Shown: in pieces, positions 54,004 to 64,000 of the stretch
Layout of the letters: the number at the start of each line of letters is the position of its first letter
How positions within the stretch are numbered: position 1 is the first letter of the stretch
NCBI GenBank assembly: GCA_951406725.2
Contig: OX597816.1
Span: 80,848,001-80,912,000 of the forward strand
From: Octopus vulgaris
Taxonomy: Eukaryota
Length of the DNA: 64,000 bases
Reading direction: 5' to 3'
Notes under the pieces: model-generated
Told to the model about the DNA's origin: nothing
Databases searched by the model: none
Seen by the model: the letters and a program-made list of their open reading frames with translations, nothing else
Position numbers and translations under genes: made by a program

Positions 54004-56472
54004 TTTCCTTAGAGACCTTTGATGTTCTGTAGACCGATGCTTACTTTTGCAGATGAAAGACAAATCTTCTCGATAAATAAATATAAATACTGTTTAATGT
54101 GGGCACTACAAACCAAACGGATCACCCGTCACTTACTGTTGCTGCTTCCGTATATAATTACAACTAAGTAGATAGTACAGCTGCCAGTTTAACTATCCTG
54201 ACCACACAGTGTCGATGTCGTTAGCAACGATTTGTACTCCAGTTCTGTACTGAATCGGTTGTCTATGACCTAGATATTATATAAACATTACATGCAATAA
54301 AAGAAGAGAGAAACAATGAACTTCGAGGAAAGTATAGATTGTCTGAGTTGGCAAATAGTGCCAGAAGTTGGCAAAGTAGAATAAATTATTTTGTCATGAG
54401 GACAGAGAGAGAGAGAGAGAGAGAGATGAAGGGTTCTGTCAAGTTTCTCTTCTCATATTTCTCACAGCAAAATAATTTAGTCTACTTTGCTGTTCTCCAT
54501 CTGATGATGGGTATGAGGATGATAATGATGATACTGAGGAGGAAGAGGACGACAACAACGACGACGATGATGATAATGATGATGATAACGGAAGGTTATG
54601 CTGGAGGCGGCGGTGGTTGTGGCGGTTGCATTTTCTTGTATAACTGACTCTAACAATGGAATTATTTCTTTGTATGTTCAGTTACTATGGTTTGTACTAT
54701 TGTTATTTGCCGTCTGCCTCAGTTCTTTACCAGAACAGGTGAAAAACAAAATCAAAATAAAAGCTTCGAACACGATTATATGTTCCATCTAGCTGTAAAT
54801 TAGCATCAGACGGTTCACACCGTTCATTTTTGCTAATTTTTTACTATTTAGTCACACAATACATCTCATCCATTAGAATTTTCGTCGAGGAAACTGATGA
54901 TTAAAAGCATTCTTGCAAAACTATTCCCTGTTTTATATATATATAGGGCTACTTTGCATAACATGGCCTTCATCTTCCAATATCATCGAGTGTACTTCGG
55001 AAGATTTTGGCTATTATTTTTAACATTTCAGCGAATGTATAGTAGATACCACGTTTTCGTCATTTTCATCATGTACCAGGGGAATATGTAATTGGAAACC
55101 ATTTTGTCAGTTCATAGAGCTAAGGACCAGTAAGATCTGTTTTTTAAATCAGAGGGTTGAAAGCTCACATTTATAGTGGTCGCGATATGTATGGAGCCTA
55201 TTTTTGAACCCATTATGAGCATATATGAGTTGATGTAGAACTTTAGAATAGGAAAACATCCATTAAATGTTATAATGTGCTCGCTGCTTGCAACACTGAA
55301 CAAAACCACGTTACGGTACTTGATTATGACTTGGTTAACAGAACCGTTAAAAGCAACATGTTTTGGGTCATGGACACGGCATATCACCATCGAGAGTGTA
55401 TGAACCAATGACATAAGGCTTCGCATATAGCTGTCGGATACCTTACAGTATAATCTCTGATACACAACAATATCCTGGAGTAAAGAAAATAGTAAGTATA
55501 TAAAAGGGAAAAATCGAAGAGGCAGAATATCCTATTATATGTCTTCACTTCGATTACCACCTACATAAATTAAATATATTTAATCTTCCGTCTGTCAAAG
55601 AATGATTAATTCTAATGACTTCAAGAATAAAAGAATCGGGAGTTGTGAGGCTACCCATACCTTTTAAAGACAGAAATGAGAACTATGAGTAAAACAGTCG
55701 CATACAGGATTGGAACATGAAACCGGAACTAACTGCCGGATACATACAGCAACGCAATAAAGCTATCTAAAATCCTATTAATCTAAAAGAAAACATGATT
55801 CATCTCCCACTCCCAAATTTCAATTTATTAGTAAATTACACACCCAGTTCAAACCGTTTATTTTGTTTCTTTTACTTAACTCTGTTTCTTTCTGACAACA
55901 CGCCCAAGTAGTTTACTAGTCATTAAACGAGAGTGCAAATTTTGAAATATCTCGAAAAATAAGTCATTAATATACAAAATAAGTACCCAGTTTCTCATTT
56001 GAATTATATGTTCGAATTGAAAAGGAAATACATAATAGTAAAACTACAGATAATGGAAGTACTATTTTTATGATACGTAAAAAAACAAACAACAACAAAA
56101 AAGCAACCACATTGTTGTTATTTTTCTCTTTAATTACCAAATTTGAGCACTTTCTCGTGAATCAGTCATTCTACTTAAGACTAAGAACAGGAAGTAGAAT
56201 TTGTTTCCAAATATGAAAGAAAGAGTATTAGCACTTAACATATATGGTGACCGTTTTGCTCGGTTCCACTTCTTGATAAAAAAGAAGCTGTTTATTAAAA
56301 ACATATAAAAGAGCATGCATATATGTGCGTGTGTGTGTAATATATAGGAAGCGCATACATATATCTGTATGTGTGTGTTGTACATAAACGACACAGACAC
56401 ACATGCGTGCGCTCACATACGCACACATACACGCACACACACACAAACACACGCACACACACACATACACAA

Positions 56473-56527
<55 letters not shown>

Positions 56528-56623
56528 GAGAGGGGAGAGACAAAGCATCATCTTATGCTGTTCGTTTTGAGAAACACCGTAACACCACAATACATTCGGC
56601 TTAGTGTAGAAGATGCAGTCAGA

Positions 56624-56692
<69 letters not shown>

Positions 56693-57974
56693 TTGTTTGG
56701 TAATGAAGGGCTGAAATATAATGGTGTGAGGAGATCCTAATCAGTGACTGATAAATGTCTGAACGTCATAAGACAATACGTTTCCTTCAAAACTTACGTT
56801 CATTGCACCTGTCAAATGTGCCTAAACATGGCTCAGAAGTAAAGACTTTAGCTTTGTATTATACAATGATGTAATCCAGGCTCCGGTAATTCTCCCATGA
56901 CCTCGACTCAACATAAAATTAATTGCGAGTAAAATTGGGCAGAGAGAATCTATGGAAAAATGTGTCAGATATATATCTCATGGGTTTATAAATTTCTTCC
57001 GTCAGCATTTTTAAGATTACCACATGGGCCTTTATTGGTGGCCATTCAGTTATTACTTATGGTCCATGAAATCGGTTTGACGTTTTCCCTACTTTTTCCC
57101 CAAGCATGCAATTAAGTAGGCTTTCAATTATGTATCTATATTGTATGATACATAGGTTGCTATTTTAAACTAACTCTGCTTCTGTCACACAGAGGAAAAT
57201 GGTAGTTGAATTGAGGCTGTAGAGAACGTCGTTTAGAAGAACAAAATAAACGCTTCTCTCTACAAGGCCTTGAATTAGTGGATCCATTGTGTAAAGGCAC
57301 TCCAAAATTAGCAATATCTTGTGTTAAGAGGTCTCCGAGTTATGAATAACGATAGTCAGAGAACTGATTTCTGAACCGTATATCACGAAGATGTTCCGGA
57401 ATCGGTAGGATAAATAGCTGAGGGGTTGATCAATAAACGAGGCATCGAAATTTCACTGCCTGTGGTTTCGTCATTCACCGACCGTGTCCACTTAATGTAG
57501 TATTTCAATACACTTACTAGCACACGCGCGCACGCAGTTTTCTAGCCTTAATGATATAGAACTAAATTTCAGCCGTCCGAAAGTCACAACTGAATTGTAT
57601 ATCTGAATATTCTACTGCTATTATCATATAACACAGTCTGAAACATAGTATTGATTTATTTACTTCTGTGGTTTGAGAACATAGTCTGACTTGTTTTCAT
57701 TTTCTCTTACTGTCATTTTTAGTATCTAGTACTTCCGGTAGTTTTGCAATAAAACAAAAGGCTTTAGACTGCAAAATGAAAATGAATTATACTAATGAGA
57801 TCAAAAGAATGTGAATGTGTATTTGTATGTGTGTTCTGATATACCTATATACCTATATATAAATGTACCTATATATAGATGTGTATATATATATATATAT
57901 ATATGCATGTGTGTGTACTGACACAGACACTAGCACGCAAACACAGGGTATGTGGTGTGTGTGGTGTGTGTGAG

Positions 57975-58010
<36 letters not shown>

Positions 58011-58195
58011 TAGCTGTATTTAATTGCCTAGGATAATTCAAATACTACTAACAAAACGAAGGAAAATTAATAAAACAGAAGTAATCTCACTATGTTTGCT
58101 CTTCGAACTCATTACATTACCAATACAGAGTAGATTATGAGATACGGTTGTGCATATGTGTGTATCGGCGGTTATAAGCATACGTAGAGAGACAT

Positions 58196-58295
<100 letters not shown>

Positions 58296-58918
58296 TATAT
58301 GTATGTATGTATGTATACACACACAGAGACTAACACAATTATACACCTACTTAAACATACATGCACATAGTTTGATTTATAACATTCAATACTGTCGTTT
58401 TCCTTTACTCACTCTCTATCTCTCTTGTTGAGAAGATGTATAAATTTCATAGTTCCCAAATTTACCAACTCTATTCGTGTATTTGACTGCCAAAACCATT
58501 TAAAATTTCCCAAAGTGTTGAGGTTAGAAATGCCCCGGACATGCTCTAAAGACTCTCAATGAAATTCTATACATTGCCACATGGATAAATTCTTGCATAA
58601 AATGACAAGTGTGTGACCACCACGCAACAGCTCTATCACTTACATATATATGCATACACACATGACATACGCTGTAGTTTAGCCGAGGTTAAACCAAGTC
58701 GAGCATTCATATAATTAAATGTATTCCAGCCATGACCTTTTACATATTTTATAATGTCGATTGTCTAATGTGCTATTTACTTATTTAAGCCCGTAGATGC
58801 ATTATTACATGCTTGTACCCCTATCCATCTCGATGGTCTATATATATGTATATATATATACATATGTGTGTGCATGTATATATATATTGGCACACACACA
58901 TAAATACGAGTATGTGTG

Positions 58919-58971
<53 letters not shown>

Positions 58972-59454
58972 CACAGTGTCTCACTCCGTAAATTTTTGCT
59001 CGTAAAGCCGAGGCAGGATATATATATTTATTGAAACCCTACACTTCACAGGAAAAGTGAAATGTAAAATTGCGATACTTACGCATCTTTCACGAACATT
59101 TAAACATTCTGGAGCAGCCATTCGAATCAGAACAGAATTTCTACCCACCATATAGTTCGCTTCCCGTTTCAACTTCACCTGCAGAAACATCTGATTGGTT
59201 ATCAGCAACATAAATCCACTTAGACTAGGAGGACCTGCAGGGAGTATGGGTGCTGAAACTTCGATACTGAATTGTAAAAAAAATCATAATGCGATCGACA
59301 AAGTTCCATCCATGTTTTTGATTTTCCAAATAGAAGTTAACCATGTTACAGAAAACAATGTTCTAAAACATCGTCGATGTATTTTCTTATTCAGGTTTAA
59401 GTATTGTGGCTTTAACACACAATCAACAGCCTTGGGTTCAGATATGATATCGAT

Positions 59455-59663
59455 TTCGAATTTTGGCTCAAGGCCAGCAATTTTGGGAAAGGGTGTAAGT
59501 CGATTACATCGTCTCCAATAATCAACTGGTAGTTATTTTATCGACTCTGAAATAATTAAACTCAAAGAAGTCCTCGGCAGAATTTGAACTCAATATATAT
59601 AAACGGACAAAATACCGCTAAGCATTTTCGCCGGCGTGCCAACGATTCTGCCAGCTCGCGCCT
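59455..59663 (-). mobile_element. SINE family A
   Basis: CCTCGGCAGAATTTGAACTC...AAATACCGCTAAGCATTTTCGCCGGCGTGCCAACGATTCTGCCAGCTCG. Confidence 0.82.
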
Positions 59664-59712
59664 TAGACTCAGTTAGGCAATGTCCTATCAATTAGGCAAT
59701 GTCATTTGTGTT

Positions 59713-59940
59713 CGTCACATTTATTTCTTAATTGTAAGTAATTTTATAGCAATAAAATAAAGCAGCAAAAATAACTATTTCTGATTGTCACATTTGTTAT
59801 TTCTGTATCGTAAACGATTTGATAACAATAAAAAAGGGAACCGGTTAAAATAATAATTTGTGATCGTAACATTTGTTATTTCTTAATTGTTAGCAGTTTT
59901 ATAACAATGAATTAGAAAGAAGATGAAATAACCATTTTTC
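59713..59940. repeat. Diverged minisatellite, about 75-80 bp x3
   Basis: Recurring GT(C/A)ACATTT(GTT)ATTTCT...TA.CAAT.AA...AAATAA unit. Confidence 0.65.
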
Positions 59941-60312
59941 TCACAATTATCCAATCTATTTCCCTTCTAGTGTATTCAACTCAATGAGGTGTCGGCATCC
60001 GGTATTACTTGAGTTGGTTTCTGATTTGTTCCTTATAAAAATGAAACATCACGAAATTTGCCAAGGGGTCAAGACTATATTTCAGCTTTAATTGTGCCGC
60101 TGATTCACTTCTATTAATATTAAGAATATAATTTAATATAAAATAATGCTTATCACGTACAATCGACTGGCAATGACTAACTACTACATAAAAAAGGGGT
60201 AAACATCGGTGCTTACGCACCAATTCTTTTAACCTAACTCCTTGAAGTACACACATACACACACATACATATACAGTGAGAAAGAAATATATAGAGAGAT
60301 AAATAGAATGGA

Positions 60313-60355
<43 letters not shown>

Positions 60356-60693
60356 TTCGATGTGTGCTATGCGCGTGTTTATACATATATATATATATAT
60401 ATAGCGACATATACTACCTTCACAACACTTAGATTCTTTCTTCAATGACACTTCAGGTAGTATAATCCTAAGGGATATATGTAAGGGTGTAGCAAACAGT
60501 TGTAGTATGAAGATAAAACATTCAACCAATTATAAGAAATACAAAGTATTTTGCATTGGGTACATTTTGTGTGTGTGTGTGTGCATGTGTGAATCTGTGT
60601 CTACTACATATGTATAAATGTATCTGTGTGTGTATATAGATAAATAGATAGATAACATTGTATTATTGTTTCTGAGCATATTTATCTCCCACC

Positions 60694-60783
<90 letters not shown>

Positions 60784-60859
60784 CTGTTTCATAATCGGTC
60801 ATCACAAACGCATCTATAAACACACACAGGCATATATAATTAAGCGCATACATTATGTA

Positions 60860-60897
<38 letters not shown>

Positions 60898-60981
60898 CAT
60901 GTGTGTGAGCGTGTGTGAGCGTGTGTGCGCGTGTGTCTATAAGTGTATGTAGATAGATATAGATATTTGTACACATTATAT

Positions 60982-61015
<34 letters not shown>

Positions 61016-61763
61016 GTGTGTATGTGTGTGTGTGTATGTGTATGTATGTATGTACGTGGTGTGTGTATGTCTGTATAAGATTGTATGAGATGAGCGATCA
61101 ATAGGGAAAAATATAGGAAATAACAAATAACCAGGCTATTACACAATTTACCCTGGTCTGGCAGCCAACCTCCATAAACATCTTAATTAAGCGTATTACT
61201 GAACAACAAAGAATATTATATTACGCGAAAGAAAATTAATTTGCGGCTGCCTCATAAATACTATTATTAGACATCTAAAGAAAAAGAATGGAAATAAGAT
61301 AAATAGAAATTCAAAGCTAAAATTGGAGAAAGAAGAAACATAAATCTTATAAGTTGAAATGATGAAGTCGAACCGTACATACTTAACCCTAAAGGGAAAT
61401 GTTTTATAGAAAAATAGCTAATTTCTATTGGCTGTAAAGAGATTTAGAATAATGTAACTCATCAAATACTATATTATTAAGTAATTGTGATTTGATTATG
61501 AATTTCAGGATGAATTCTAAAAATGAAAGTAGATACTTATGTGTCGATGGATTGGCACGGTTGTTAGACTATCGGATAAGACGCCTTGCAGTATCGGTTC
61601 CAGCTCTTTTCGCTTTGACATTAATGTCTGCGATGACACTCGCCTTAGACCCTGTATCCGCCTTTCCTTTCTTCGTACATAATCGGTAGCATGGAGAAAG
61701 AGCTAACTTTCCTCAATTTTGCCCTAAGAAGAAGGTCCTAAAAACTCTATTGATTCCTCAATA

Positions 61764-61913
61764 CTTAACATCTAATACCAATCTCAAAATTCTCACTGCT
61801 CCCAATATAGCAGTTTTCTGAGCATGTTGTACCCTCTTGTCAATCCCAATTTCTTCAACAAATTTCTCAAACTCGGTTGTCTCATGCACCCAACATCCCT
61901 ACAACTACGTGGG
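61764..61913 (-). mobile_element. 3' fragment of an R4/Dong-clade (restriction-like endonuclease) LINE
   Basis: The minus strand encodes VVVGMLGA then, after a frameshift, TTEFEKFVEEIGIDKRVQHAQKTAILGAVRILRLVL. This matches the R4/Dong C-terminal pattern PVVVGALG...QKTALLGTARILRKVL. Confidence 0.72.
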
Positions 61914-63849
61914 CAATATAGTACGTAGTTTTAGGCTATGGTGAAGATGGAGAACTTGTTTTTTCCCCTTCAATACTAATATTCTTAGCAAAATTTACAT
62001 AAAATTTCATCGACAAACATTTACTCGCCACATAGAACGAAAAAGTAATCAGTATTTGCCCCGGTTCCGGACTCTACATGTATCAAAGACCAACTTAGAT
62101 ACACCTATTCTATGTAGATGGACAGTATAAATGGAATCGATCCGTATACCAGTGTCATCTTAAGGCCCGGGCACACTGGGCAACTGTCTGGAGGCTTTAT
62201 TTGTCTGAGAGCTTAATTCTGTTCCATTATGTTGTAGCTTGGTGTTAGTAAATACTATAGAACCCAGTGCATTAATTTGCCAAGGGTTTATAATGCAGCG
62301 AAGACGGTCCTGCCATATACCACATCCCTGCATTAATGAAAATCGATTTTGCGTCCATGTAAGCTACATTCTAACTTTCCTCTCGGTTCTGATAGGTTTG
62401 ACTTCACATGCCCTTCAGTAGAACACTTGTAAATATTACAATGCTTCCATTGTTTTTTCTGCCTATTTAATGCTAGGTACATTGCGCCTCTGAGATACAG
62501 GTGACTTGAGTAAGAGCAGAGCGTAATCTCATTGACAAACTAAACATTAATTAAGCAGAGGTAGCTTTGTTAAACTTTTCATTTATCTGTCAATATTTTC
62601 ATTTATTTCGTCAATTTATATTAGGGAATTGATAAATTTTCATAGATCTGATAGTAAAGCTGTCTAGTCACATTGGTTTCACCTATATGTGCAAATGCAC
62701 TTATAGCAAGCATATTCCAGCTTCAAATGTGAGGCTATGTGTTTCTCAATAAAATATCTAACACACGTAATTCAATCAATTTTTTTATATCGTTCTTTTT
62801 CTCTATGTGTGTGTGATAGAGGTAATTGATTTTTAAACTTTTGTTATTGCTTAAGCATGTCAGGTGAGTCGAGTGACATATATTCTTAATTCCAGTTACT
62901 TTGTGACACATTGCTCTTGTTGCCAGCTACTACAACTTCGCAAAATCACCAACGACTACTATACAGTCACCAGAACTGCTATCACCATTACATTTAGCGC
63001 TGCCATTAAAAACCATGAGGCCAACATCAACATTGCTATTACATCTACCACTTGTATTACTTACACACATCAGTTACACTATGAGTATTACAATCGATGC
63101 AACTACCTGTGCTGATATTACACGCGCGCGCGCTTACACACACACATACACATTACATCTTTTAACACTACCGTTATAAACATTCGTCACTACAATTACC
63201 ACTATAGCATAAAATATCAACACTATTTCCATAGCCAACATCACCAGCGTTGCCACATGTAATGATCACATATATCTCTTGCATACGCTCAAATGCATCT
63301 ATCACCGCCAACGCCAACATCACTGTCTCCGCTATCGACACCGTCGCTTTTAAACACGTATACCTCTACAACTATGACTCCGACACTTCCACTACAAATC
63401 TACCACCAAAATTACCATCACCGCCGCATCTACAACCAACATCATCATCATCATCACAATCAACAACATCACGTAAATATATTAGATATTGTGTTAGTTT
63501 TACTTCAATTTATTCTATATGACAGTCTATTTTCAAAGATTTCTTCGGTTACATTTTTGACTGACATTTAAATATGAACATTCCACGGAAATATTTTCAC
63601 CAAATTCCTTATACTTAGGAATTATTTATAACACTATATATCCAGAAATATGTATTTATTTTATACGCGAACATATGAATATTTGTGAAATAGATTGACA
63701 GAAAGGGAAAGAGAGAAAGAGAGACAGAGAGAAAGAGAGACAGGGAGAGAAAGAGAGACAGAGATATAGAGGTGAGACAGGTGTATTTGTCCATATGATT
63801 TTATTGATACATGCATAAATACATACACACACACACACACACACACAAT

Positions 63850-64000
63850 TTATCTTTTTGTTCCAGTCACTGGGCTGTGCCATGCTGTCGCACCATTTTT
63901 CAGGGGTTTTAGACTAAGAGATCGACACCAGTTCATTATTTTATGCATGTTACTTATTCTACCGGCCACCATTTGCGGTACCGCTAACCAAACCATCGCC
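63850..64000 (-). mobile_element. SINE family B-like 3' end, diverged, runs off the window
   Basis: GTTCCAGTCA...GCCATGCTG..GCACC...TACTTATTCTA...ACCGCTAA. Confidence 0.6.

Noticed and set aside
55112-55465. 117-aa minus-strand ORF in non-repetitive sequence
   Set aside because: No recognisable domain, a non-ATG start and no convincing splice sites.

Overview
AT-rich, microsatellite-dense animal DNA, intergenic or intronic. The SINE families look like octopod cephalopod (Octopus-type) repeats; this is recognition from memory, not a search result. I cannot support any host protein-coding exon, and almost all listed ORFs are translations of simple repeats. Real coding signal is limited to retroelement and transposon pieces: two young 5'-truncated CR1-group LINEs (3056-4240 +, 7988-9992 -), an ORF1-only Tx1/L1-like element with a 14-bp TSD inserted into a SINE head (32554-34688), and short decayed RTE, Tx1 ORF2, R4/Dong and mariner fragments. 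The most notable signal is non-coding. Four sequence-unrelated type I hammerhead ribozyme folds (11510-11562 +, 12044-12118 +, 12351-12497 -, 46221-46306 +) and one decayed copy (41223-41267) each lie in a short ORF-less island inside or next to a (TA)n run. Three have an 8-bp palindromic stem III of the dimer-dependent kind, and two have Penelope/retrozyme-like inverted or direct terminal repeats. (TA)n runs also host the LINE insertions. One SINE family shares a covarying 3' stem-loop with both CR1-group LINEs.
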